From contig LFSO01000019.1 of the NCBI GenBank assembly GCA_001512765.1, forward strand, positions 70,969-134,968: 64,000 nt of DNA. The letters run 5' to 3'. Origin of the DNA: Clostridiales bacterium DTU053 (lineage in GTDB: Bacteria > Bacillota > Clostridia > Oscillospirales > Acutalibacteraceae). The position numbers were made by a program, and so were the translations under genes. Positions 28,127 to 37,089 of this stretch are shown here, piece by piece (the first letter of the stretch is position 1; the number at the start of each line of letters is the position of its first letter). The notes beneath the pieces are model-generated. The model saw only the letters and a list, made by a program, of their open reading frames with translations. It was not told where the DNA came from and made no database searches.

Positions 28127-31100
28127 ATGAAAACTCCCAAACCGATGGTTTTAGAGTTTATGATGCGCCAGCTGAAAAAATACAGGGATTTTGAATCCTT
28201 TAACATTGAAAACTGGGTATTTGTTAAAGAGGGCAAATACTTAGGCGACGGCAAATACGAGTACGGCGAGGAGCTTAATATCCCCGTTAAGCTGGGCGAT
28301 GATTGGGCGGCAACATATGACTGCTCAAAGATATACACCGCAAGCGTGGAAATACCCGAAAGCTACAAAAACGCCAAGGTTTATCTTGAAATCGACTTTG
28401 GCGGCGAGGCGCTTGTGAAATTAAACGGCTGGATTGTGGGTTCTCTCAGCTCCACGATGAACAGAGGCTGGAAGTCAAGGGATACCATTATCGTTGACTC
28501 AAAGATCCTTGAAAGCGGCGTTTTGAATATTGAGCTTGAGCTGGCGGTTGACTCCGCGGGCTTTTGCGATTATGCCATGGACGGCGCTAAGTCAATCACC
28601 TACAACTTCGCGAAGGCAAGGCTCTGCAGGGTTGATGAGGAGTGCGAGGCTTTTATTTTTGACACCGATTTGCTTCTTGATTCTTTCAAGGCTGCAGAGG
28701 ACGAGTACATAAAGGAAAGCCTCTACAAAGTCCTTGACGACAGCATTCATATGGTTGACTTTGATTTTGACGACAGCGAGGTCAGGCAGTCCATATACAA
28801 GGCAAGGGAGTATCTGAACTCCGAGCTTAAAAAGATTAAATTTACCCCGCAGAGCGAGGTAGTAATGCAGGGGCACTCTCACATTGACATTGCGTGGCTG
28901 TGGAGGATTCAGGAGACAGAGCGCAAGGCCGCGAGAACCTTTGCCAATAATCTGTCGCTCATGGACAAATACCCCGAATTTAAGTGCGCTCAAAGTCAGG
29001 CTATAGTTTACGACATGACAAAGCGGATTTACCCCGCCCTTTACGACAGGATAAAGGAGAAGGTCAAAAACGGACAGTGGGAAATTGTAGGCAATGTCTG
29101 GGTTGAGGCGGACACCAACATCGCGTCTGGTGAAAGTCTTATAAGGCAGCTTCTCTACGGCAGGGAGTTCTTTTTAAAGGAATTCGGCGTTGTTTCCGAC
29201 ACCTACTGGCTCCCCGACTGCTTCGGCTTTTCATGGGCTCTGCCGCAGATTATAAGGCGCAGTGGCATGAAGTATTTTATCACCGCAAAGCTGTGCGGTC
29301 AGGATACCAACCGCTTCCCCTATACTTCTTTTGTCTGGAAGGGTCACGACGGTTCTGAAATTGTGGGCTATCTTGCCCGCACCCATTATCAGGGAGATTA
29401 CACTCCGTCAGATCTTATGAAGGCTCAAAAGGAAAACGACCAAAGGGATGTTTTCCGCAAAGCCTTCGGAATGTACGGCTACGGCGACGGCGGCGGAGGC
29501 ACCACCTACGCCATGCTTGAAAGAGCAAAGAGGCTGAAAGCTTACCCCGGTCTCCCCTCCTCCAAAACGGGCACGGCCGGCGAGTTTTTTGACGAGCTGA
29601 ACAAAGTGCGTGACGAGCTGCCCGTTATTAATGATGAGCTTTATTACGAGAATCACAGAGGTACATATACAAGTCAGGGCTTTATAAAAAAGGGCAACCG
29701 CAAGGGAGAGATTCTGCTTTGCGAGGCTGAGTCGGCGTCTCTGATTGCCTCCGCTCTGTCGGGTTTTGAATACGATAAGGATAGACTTGAATCCGTCTGG
29801 AAAATCCTCCTTACAAATCAGTTCCATGACATTCTCCCCGGCACTTCAATTCATGAGGCTATGGAGGATTGCAGACCCGCTTATGAAAAGATTTACTCGG
29901 AAGGCGGCGAGATTAAACTCAGCGCGCTGAAGGCTGTAAGCAGTAATATCGGCAGCCCCGCAGAGGGCGTGGCGGTGTGGAATCTTTCAAACCACACTGT
30001 TTCGTCTGAAGTTGTAATTGATACAGACGGCAGGTATTTAAGAGCGGCTGACGGCTCAGAGCCGATTCAGACTCTTACCGCAGACGGAAAACTGAAAATG
30101 CTTGCCGAGGATATTCCGCCCATGGGCTATAAGGTTTACCTTTACAGTGCGGACCCACTCGGCGCAAAGGGCGGCGTAAAGGTTACCACAAGGCTTTTGG
30201 AGAATGATTGCCTCAGAGTTGAACTCGATGAAAACGGCATCATAACAAGCATTTATGACAAGGTAAATTCGAGGGAAACATTGAAGGGCTGCGGAAACCT
30301 TCTAAGCGTATTCCAGGACAAATGCGTGCATGAGACCGCGTGGAACTTAGAGCTTAACTACAAAAAGAAGCGCTGGGATTTAATTAAGGCTGAAAGCATT
30401 GAAATTAAGGAGCAGAACGATGTCTGCGGAATCATCACTATTCGCAGAAGGTTCAACCGCTCCGAGATTGTTCAGGATATAACTCTCAGGGCAAATGAAA
30501 ACCATGTGGAGTTTGACACTTATGTAAACTGGCAGGAGCGGGATAAGATACTCAAAGCCGCCTTTGATGTGGATATTCTTAATACTTATGCCAGCTTTGA
30601 GATAGCCCACGGAGCCATAAAGAGACCCAATCACGCAAACAACAGTTACGACAAGGCAAGGTTTGAGCAGTGCGGACACAAGTGGGCGGACCTTTCAGAG
30701 GGCGATTACGGCGTGAGCCTCATAACCGACTGCAAGTACGGCTACGATGTATTCGGCAGCGTTATGAGGATAAGTCTGCTCAGAGCGCCCAACTGCCCCG
30801 ACAGAACCGCCGACAGCGGTGAGCACAGATTCAAATACGCCTACTATCCCCACAAATACACTTGGCAGCTCGGCGGCACAGTACAGAAGGCTATTACCTT
30901 TAACAAGGAGCTTTGCGCGGTAGAGGTCGGCAAAAACGGCGGCAAACTGCCCGTATCCTACTCATTTGCAGAAACAAGCGGCAAGTATGTGGTTCTGGAC
31001 GCTCTTAAAAAGGCTCAGGACGGAAACGGCTATATCTTACGAGTTTATGAGCCCGAACAGTCAAGGGGTACAGTTAAAATTACTTTGAATCTCCCCTTCT

Positions 31101-31216
31101 CAAAGGTCACCGAGTGCAATCTGATGGAGGTTGACGAAAGGGATATTGAAACCGACGGCAATTCCTTCAGCTTTGAAATTAAGCCCTTTGAGGTAAGGAC
31201 CTTCCGCATAAGATAA
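28127..31216 (+). CDS. GH38 alpha-mannosidase
   Basis: About 1029 aa from ATG 28127 (GAAGG RBS). GHSHIDIAWLW metal-site motif and the WLPDCFG pattern of glycoside hydrolase family 38. Confidence 0.88.
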   Translation: MKTPKPMVLEFMMRQLKKYRDFESFNIENWVFVKEGKYLGDGKYEYGEELNIPVKLGDDWAATYDCSKIYTASVEIPESYKNAKVYLEIDFGGEALVKLNGWIVGSLSSTMNRGWKSRDTIIVDSKILESGVLNIELELAVDSAGFCDYAMDGAKSITYNFAKARLCRVDEECEAFIFDTDLLLDSFKAAEDEYIKESLYKVLDDSIHMVDFDFDDSEVRQSIYKAREYLNSELKKIKFTPQSEVVMQGHSHIDIAWLWRIQETERKAARTFANNLSLMDKYPEFKCAQSQAIVYDMTKRIYPALYDRIKEKVKNGQWEIVGNVWVEADTNIASGESLIRQLLYGREFFLKEFGVVSDTYWLPDCFGFSWALPQIIRRSGMKYFITAKLCGQDTNRFPYTSFVWKGHDGSEIVGYLARTHYQGDYTPSDLMKAQKENDQRDVFRKAFGMYGYGDGGGGTTYAMLERAKRLKAYPGLPSSKTGTAGEFFDELNKVRDELPVINDELYYENHRGTYTSQGFIKKGNRKGEILLCEAESASLIASALSGFEYDKDRLESVWKILLTNQFHDILPGTSIHEAMEDCRPAYEKIYSEGGEIKLSALKAVSSNIGSPAEGVAVWNLSNHTVSSEVVIDTDGRYLRAADGSEPIQTLTADGKLKMLAEDIPPMGYKVYLYSADPLGAKGGVKVTTRLLENDCLRVELDENGIITSIYDKVNSRETLKGCGNLLSVFQDKCVHETAWNLELNYKKKRWDLIKAESIEIKEQNDVCGIITIRRRFNRSEIVQDITLRANENHVEFDTYVNWQERDKILKAAFDVDILNTYASFEIAHGAIKRPNHANNSYDKARFEQCGHKWADLSEGDYGVSLITDCKYGYDVFGSVMRISLLRAPNCPDRTADSGEHRFKYAYYPHKYTWQLGGTVQKAITFNKELCAVEVGKNGGKLPVSYSFAETSGKYVVLDALKKAQDGNGYILRVYEPEQSRGTVKITLNLPFSKVTECNLMEVDERDIETDGNSFSFEIKPFEVRTFRIR

Positions 31217-31221
31217 AAAAG

Positions 31222-31248
31222 AGCCTCCGAAATTCGGAGGCTTTTTAT
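31222..31248 (+). terminator. intrinsic terminator after the mannosidase gene
   Basis: AGCCTCCG-aaatt-CGGAGGCT followed by TTTTATTT. Confidence 0.8.
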
Positions 31249-31538
31249 TTGGGAAAAAGTTGAATAATATTCATTGGTGTCCACGGAAATATTCACTCGC
31301 TTTGAAAAAGCCCGTCTTTATGCACAAACGGAGGCAGCGAAATTACAGCACCGTGAACAAACGGCGGGCAAATATTTTTCTATATCAGAATAATAATGCC
31401 GTTACTTGAGCAACATATACAAAAATTTTTATACATTTTTATAAGGTTCATACAAATTACGAATTCCCAAAATAAGCTAAAGCTGATATACTATAAGTGC
31501 AATGAGAGGTTAAATTAAGGCCCGTAAGTTAAGAAAGG

Positions 31539-31730
31539 ATGAATGTTATGAGCAAAAGCCTTATTTGGTCGGTTCTTTCACTTGTAGTAGCAGCAAGCCT
31601 GATTTACGGTTTCGTAGTTGCGGTTTTCTCAGAAGGCGGTCCCTTTGGTCCCGAAAAGCCCTCTTCAGCAGTTGAGGCAGAGGCAGAGGCCAACGACGCC
31701 GGCAATTTACCCGATGTCATTTTCAGCTAA
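31539..31730 (+). CDS. small hypothetical single-pass membrane protein
   Basis: 63-aa ORF with AAGGA upstream. One TM helix (LIWSVLSLVVAASLIYGFVVAVF) and an acidic EAEAEAND tail. No recognisable family. Confidence 0.35.
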   Translation: MNVMSKSLIWSVLSLVVAASLIYGFVVAVFSEGGPFGPEKPSSAVEAEAEANDAGNLPDVIFS

Positions 31731-31825
31731 AGGTGCATGATGACAATGGGTTGTACGGCTGCAAGACGCAGCAAAAATAAAAGAATAAATATTAAAACTT
31801 ATGGGTTAATCTCCGTGTTAAAATA

Positions 31826-31861
31826 AACGACAGCAGGCGCTTTAAAGTACCTACTGTCGTT
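31826..31861. terminator. possible bidirectional terminator (mfd / small ORF)
   Basis: AACGACAG-20 nt-CTGTCGTT with T-rich flanks on both strands. The loop is large. Confidence 0.35.
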
Positions 31862-31869
31862 GTTTTATT

Positions 31870-34800
31870 TTATTCCTTTTTCTCGCCTTCGGGTTCGGGT
31901 TTAGTAAGGACATTAATAATTTCCTCAAGGGCTTCAAGGGGGCCCTGATTTTTTAGTCTTCTTACGGAGATATATGGCTTTTTGGCGGCGGATACGAATA
32001 TTCTGCCTTTAAGACCGTTGGCGAGCTTAGACACCATGGTCATATCCGTTTCGGGAGTGAATAATAACAGACTGTCGCCACGCTGACCAACCTCGTAAAT
32101 ACCGAGTCTTGCGGCGGCGTTTCTGAGCATGGAGATTTTGATAAGCCCCATAACCGCGTCGGGCGGGTCGCCGAATCTGTCGGTCAGCTCGTCAAGCACA
32201 TCGTCGGCGTCATCCTGATTCTTAATCTCCGCAATTCGCCTGTAAATGCTGAGGCGCTGGGGTACGCTTTCGATATACTTTTCGGGGATATGGGCGTCAA
32301 CCTGCAGGTCGATAAGGCATTCCTCGGTTTTGACTTCGGTTTCCTCGCCCTTCTCTTTGCTGACTTCCTGAGCGAGGAGTTTAAGGTACAAGTCATAGCC
32401 CACAGCTTCCATGTGTCCGTGCTGGCTGGCGCCGAGAAGGTCGCCCGCTCCCCTGATTTCAAGGTCTCGCATGGCTATTTTAAAGCCTGAGCCGAACTCG
32501 GTGTACTCCCTAATGGCGCTGAGCCTGCGGTATGCGGTTTCCGAAAGCTCCTTGCCCTTGACAAATGTGAAATACGCGCTGGCGCGTCTGGAGGACCTGC
32601 CTACCCTGCCCCTCATTTGATGGAGCTGGGCAAGACCCATATGGTCGGCGTTTTCGATAATAAGTGTATTTACATTGGGCACATCGACGCCCGTTTCTAT
32701 AATCGTGGTGCAGACAAGTATATCAATCTCGCCCTCGATGAGCCTGCGCCAAATATCGCTCAGAACGCTCTCGGACATCTTGCCGTGGGCGATTTCTATT
32801 CTCGCGTCGGGCAGATACTCCTTAATTCTGAGGGCGGTTCGCTCAATTGTTTCAATACGGTTATGGACATAATAGACCTGACCGCCGCGCCTGAGTTCCT
32901 TAGCCATAGCCTCGGCGAGTATGCCCATATCGTGCTCCAGAACATAGGTCTGGACGGGCTGTCTGTCCTGGGGAGCCTCCTCTATTATGGACATATCCCT
33001 TATGCCCGACATAGCCATGTTAAGTGTACGGGGAATGGGTGTTGCCGAAATTGTAAGGCAGTCTACGGCGGGGAAACGCTCTTTGAGCTTTTCCTTTTGC
33101 TCAACGCCGAAGCGCTGCTCCTCATCGATTATTAAAAGCCCCAAATCTTTAAACTCTACGCTGTTTGCGATTATGCTGTGGGTGCCCACAACAATGTCTA
33201 TGCTGCCTCTTTTGAGGCCTTTTTTTATTGCCTCCTGCTCCTTGGGGGTTCTGAAGCGGGAAAGCATTTCGGCGGTTATCGGAAAGCCCTCAAACCGTTT
33301 GAGAATTGTCTGGTAGTGCTGAAGGGCGAGAATAGTGGTGGGTACCAGAATAGCGCACTGCTTGCCGTCGGCAACGCATTTAAAGGCGGCTCTGAGAGCA
33401 ACCTCGGTTTTGCCGAATCCCACATCGCCGCAGAGCAATCTGTCCATGGGATAGGGCTGCTCCATGTCGTTCTTGATTTCGTTGACGCACCTTAGCTGGT
33501 CCTCGGTTTCCTCAAACTCAAAGCGCCGCTCAAAGTCGTTCTGCATATCAATGTCCTTTGAGAACGCAAAGCCTTTTGTGGAGACCCTTTTGGCGTAGAG
33601 AGCGAGAAGCTGCTTTGCCATGTCCTTGACACTCTTGCGCACTCTGTTTTTGGTCTTTTCCCATTCGGCGCTGCCAAGGCGGCTGAGCTTTACCTGCCTT
33701 GCGCCCTCATAGGGTCCTATATACTTTGATACAAGGTCAAGCTGAGTAACGGGGACATATAAAACATCGTTCTTGTCGTACTTGATTTTTATATAGTCCT
33801 TGACCACTCCGCCCGTCTCAATTTTTTGGATTCCGTCAAAGATGCCGATGCCGTGGACGGAGTGAACCACATAATCTCCCTTGACAAGCTCCTCAAGAGA
33901 ATTAAAGCCCTCTGAGATTTTAAAACCTGTATTCTTGCCCCTGCGCTTTTCCTCCGCTCGCTTGCCGAAGGATATGATAAGGACCTTTTCACCGGGATAG
34001 TCCGCTCCCGCTGTCAGGGTACCGGGGACAATGCTTACCTTTCCCTTTGGAAATTCGCTCGGGAGGTCGGAGAAAAACAAAGAGTTCAGACCCTTTTCGT
34101 TAAGCTCATCGCATAACGACTCCCCTGCCTTTGCGGTTCCGCAGAGAATTACCGTCGTGTAGCCCCTCTGATGCATGGGGAGGATGTCCTCCAAAAGAAG
34201 CTTTACAGAGCCGTCCCAAACGGGAAGCTGCCTTGTGTTGACGGTTACAAGGTCTTTAACGGGGGTGTCAAAGCTGCCCCTTGCGAAGTTGTCAAGGTAA
34301 ACCGCTCCGAACCTTTCGTAAGCTGCGGCAAGGTAGGCAAAATCGTGCATGAAGCTGTCAAGCCCCTTGCAGAGTATGCCCTCCTCAAAGAAGTGTTTTA
34401 CTTCCTCGTGATGAAGCGCCACAGCGGCGTCAAGCTTTTCCTTTACCGCTGAGCTTTCGCAGACGAAAAGAAGATTGTCTTTGAAATAATCAAGCAGACA
34501 TACTTTTTCTCTATACGCAAGTGGTATAAACTTATCTATATTGCCGAGTCTTATGCCGTTTTTGACGCTGTCCGCGTCCTTTAAAAGCAGATCCTTCGCC
34601 TTCTCTGCTTTTTTGCCCTTTAAGGAGGCGGCGAGCTTTTCTATCGCGTCGGCAAAATACTCATCCGACGGGAAAAGAATTTCCGCGGCGGGGGTAATGC
34701 TGACAAGGCGCAGGTTTTCGCTCCTTCTTTGTGAGAGCACATCAAAATAGGCTATGGAGTCGACCTCGTCGCCCCAGAACTCGACTCTTACAGCGTCGGA

Positions 34801-35358
34801 AAATCCGGGCGGGTAAAAGTCCAGTATGCCGCCTCTTACGGAAAACTGACCAGGACCCTCTACCATATCGGCTCTTGTATAGCCCGAGCTTAAAAAGGTT
34901 TCAATCACCTGATTTAAGGGCAGCTCGTCGCCGATTTTTATAGTGAGGGTCTTTCTTTTGAATATGTCCTTAGGAATTGTGAACTGCATTGCCGCGTCGG
35001 CTGTGGCGACTATAATATCCGCATGGTCGAAAACAATTCCCGACAGCGCGGCAAGGCGCTCCATTTCGTACTGCCTTGACTTGGTGGCGGAGTCAATAAA
35101 AACAAAATCCTTGGCGGGATAAAACACTGCTTTGCCGCCGAGGGATTTTATGTCGGAGGTAAGTTTTCTGCCCGCTGACTCGTCGGGCACGATGCAAAGC
35201 GCCTTTTTGCCTACCCTTTCGGCAAGGAAGTTTAAAATATGCGCCTTTGCGGAAAAGGGCAGTCCCAAAACGCCCATGGGAAGGCGCCCCTTCTCAATGG
35301 ACATAAGAATTTGGGTATATTCTTTATTGCTTTCAAAGAGATTTACAAAACAGGACAT
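31870..35358 (-). CDS. mfd: transcription-repair coupling factor
   Basis: 1162 aa. UvrB-homology N-terminus, CarD/RNAP-interaction domain (GDYVVHSVHGIG) and superfamily-2 motifs GDVGFGKTEVA and DEEQRFG. Confidence 0.97.
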   Translation of the reverse strand: MSCFVNLFESNKEYTQILMSIEKGRLPMGVLGLPFSAKAHILNFLAERVGKKALCIVPDESAGRKLTSDIKSLGGKAVFYPAKDFVFIDSATKSRQYEMERLAALSGIVFDHADIIVATADAAMQFTIPKDIFKRKTLTIKIGDELPLNQVIETFLSSGYTRADMVEGPGQFSVRGGILDFYPPGFSDAVRVEFWGDEVDSIAYFDVLSQRRSENLRLVSITPAAEILFPSDEYFADAIEKLAASLKGKKAEKAKDLLLKDADSVKNGIRLGNIDKFIPLAYREKVCLLDYFKDNLLFVCESSAVKEKLDAAVALHHEEVKHFFEEGILCKGLDSFMHDFAYLAAAYERFGAVYLDNFARGSFDTPVKDLVTVNTRQLPVWDGSVKLLLEDILPMHQRGYTTVILCGTAKAGESLCDELNEKGLNSLFFSDLPSEFPKGKVSIVPGTLTAGADYPGEKVLIISFGKRAEEKRRGKNTGFKISEGFNSLEELVKGDYVVHSVHGIGIFDGIQKIETGGVVKDYIKIKYDKNDVLYVPVTQLDLVSKYIGPYEGARQVKLSRLGSAEWEKTKNRVRKSVKDMAKQLLALYAKRVSTKGFAFSKDIDMQNDFERRFEFEETEDQLRCVNEIKNDMEQPYPMDRLLCGDVGFGKTEVALRAAFKCVADGKQCAILVPTTILALQHYQTILKRFEGFPITAEMLSRFRTPKEQEAIKKGLKRGSIDIVVGTHSIIANSVEFKDLGLLIIDEEQRFGVEQKEKLKERFPAVDCLTISATPIPRTLNMAMSGIRDMSIIEEAPQDRQPVQTYVLEHDMGILAEAMAKELRRGGQVYYVHNRIETIERTALRIKEYLPDARIEIAHGKMSESVLSDIWRRLIEGEIDILVCTTIIETGVDVPNVNTLIIENADHMGLAQLHQMRGRVGRSSRRASAYFTFVKGKELSETAYRRLSAIREYTEFGSGFKIAMRDLEIRGAGDLLGASQHGHMEAVGYDLYLKLLAQEVSKEKGEETEVKTEECLIDLQVDAHIPEKYIESVPQRLSIYRRIAEIKNQDDADDVLDELTDRFGDPPDAVMGLIKISMLRNAAARLGIYEVGQRGDSLLLFTPETDMTMVSKLANGLKGRIFVSAAKKPYISVRRLKNQGPLEALEEIINVLTKPEPEGEKKE

Positions 35359-35372
35359 GCGGCCTCCTGATA

Positions 35373-35990
35373 TCAGCCCGAGTATTTGGACATCGCCATG
35401 TCAATATCGCCTGTAACCATAATATTTATGGCTTCCAATGCCCTATCTATGCACGGCAGAATAAGCTCCAAATCTTCTTTTGTAAACACGCTGAGGACAT
35501 AGTCTTTTAAATCGAAGTCCGGATGGGGCTTTGAGCCGATGCCGATTTTTATTCTCGGGAACTGGTCGCTGTTTAGATGATAGATGATGCTCTTAATTCC
35601 GTTATGCCCGCCGTCGGAGCCTTTTCTTCTGATTCTGAGTTTGCCGGTCGGCAGGGCTGTGTCGTCATAAACGACGATTACCTTCTCGGGGGGGATTTTA
35701 TAGAAATTTGCAATATCCCTAATAGCCTCCCCGCTGTTATTCATATATGTCATGGGCTTTACCAATATACACCTAACGCCGTTTATCATGGCGTCGGCGG
35801 TATCCGCCTTAAACTTGCTGGGCTTAAAGACGGCGTTATGTTTCTCCGCAAGGGCGTCGGCAAACATAAAGCCGGCATTATGTCTTGTTTTCTCATAATC
35901 CCTCCCGGGGTTGCCGAGCCCCGCGATTATATATTCGATGGGTCCGTAAGCTATAGTTTCTTCTGTTTTATTCTTCCTTTTAAAAAACAT
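35373..35990 (-). CDS. pth: peptidyl-tRNA hydrolase
   Basis: 205 aa. IAGLGNPG...TRHNAGF and GHNGIKS motifs. Canonical pth-mfd order. Confidence 0.95.
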   Translation of the reverse strand: MFFKRKNKTEETIAYGPIEYIIAGLGNPGRDYEKTRHNAGFMFADALAEKHNAVFKPSKFKADTADAMINGVRCILVKPMTYMNNSGEAIRDIANFYKIPPEKVIVVYDDTALPTGKLRIRRKGSDGGHNGIKSIIYHLNSDQFPRIKIGIGSKPHPDFDLKDYVLSVFTKEDLELILPCIDRALEAINIMVTGDIDMAMSKYSG

Positions 35991-36084
35991 AATTCTTCCC
36001 TTTCAGCTTTTCTTTACAGCAAAGAACAGGCGAGAGCGAAGCGCCCCACCCCTCTTTGAGTTTATATTTTCGGCAAAGCCGCTT

Positions 36085-36801
36085 TTATCTGTCCGCTGGT
36101 CTTACCCAGTTTTCCTTATTGACCTGACGCTCCCTTGCAATGGCAAGCGAGTTGTCGGGCACATCCTCGGTAATCGTTGAGCCAGCCGCGGTATAGGCGT
36201 TTTTGCCCACCTTGACGGGGGCGATTAGATTTGTGTTGCAGCCGATAAACGCGTTGTCCTCAACTATGGTGCGCATTTTGTTTTTGCCGTCGTAGTTGAC
36301 GGTCACGCAGCCGCAGCCGAAGTTTACATTTTTGCCCACATCGGAGTCGCCCACATAGGTAAGGTGAGAAATCTTTGAGCCGTCGCCTATTACGGAGTTC
36401 TTTATCTCCACAAAATTGCCCACTCTTGCGCTGTTGCCTATGTCGGAGCCCGGTCTGAGATGGGCATAGGGCCCGACGGTTGTGTTGTCTCCGATTTTGG
36501 AGCCGAAGCACTGGGAGAAGTTTATTACGGTTTTGTTTCCCACCTTAGTGTCGGACAAAACGCTTGAAGGACCTATAATGCAGCCCTCACCTATCTCTAC
36601 TTTTGAAAGAATTATGGTGTTCGGCAGAATTACGGTGCCGGTGCCTATAACCGCGTCATCGCTTATGATTATCCCCGTAAAATCGGGAATGATAACTCCC
36701 TCTTTTACAAGTTCGTTTAAATCCTTTTTGTTAAAGCCGTTTACAAGCTCATTAAAGGGTGAGCTTTCAACAGGGCTCTTCTTTTTTTCGTTAGCGCTCA
36801 T
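36085..36801 (-). CDS. glmU: GlmU C-terminal half only: left-handed beta-helix glucosamine-1-phosphate N-acetyltransferase domain
   Basis: 238 aa from ATG 36801 (GGGAGG 8 nt upstream). Hexapeptide repeats plus the GlmU-specific SHLTYVGDSDVG, VNYDGKNK and AIARERQVNK. No uridyltransferase domain is encoded upstream; 36832-37086 is non-coding. Confidence 0.8.
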   Translation of the reverse strand: MSANEKKKSPVESSPFNELVNGFNKKDLNELVKEGVIIPDFTGIIISDDAVIGTGTVILPNTIILSKVEIGEGCIIGPSSVLSDTKVGNKTVINFSQCFGSKIGDNTTVGPYAHLRPGSDIGNSARVGNFVEIKNSVIGDGSKISHLTYVGDSDVGKNVNFGCGCVTVNYDGKNKMRTIVEDNAFIGCNTNLIAPVKVGKNAYTAAGSTITEDVPDNSLAIARERQVNKENWVRPADR

Positions 36802-37027
36802 TATCATTACCTCCCGAAAAGAATAGCACAAACAAAGCCTGTTCGCAAGAATCTAAAGATTTATGAGTTTTAGAGTTTAGGCTTTTATAGCTTTTTGAGG
36901 GCAATGTCATAAGGTCTTGTACCTTTAGTTTTTGTATATTATATCAAAATCTCCCTAATAGTATTTGTTAATATTTGTCAAGGCGTACAATAATGAAAAA
37001 AATTGAAAAAAGACTTTACTTTAGTCT

Positions 37028-37045
37028 GCTAATATGTTAGCATAT
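37028..37045. repeat. 18-bp repeat copy 1 (GCTAATATGTTAGCATAT), contains palindrome TGCTAA-N4-TTAGCA
   Basis: Exact reverse complement of 38068-38085. It lies 45 nt upstream of the SBP start codon. Confidence 0.9.
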
Positions 37046-37089
37046 CACCAAGAGGCGAGAAAGCCAACATTACATAGGAGGAAATTTTG

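Noticed and set aside
31738-31827. Short basic ORF (MMTMGCTAARRSKNKRINIKTYGLISVLK) after the 63-aa ORF
   Set aside because: The RBS spacing is ambiguous, there is no recognisable motif, and it overlaps the terminator region. It is not supportable as a gene.
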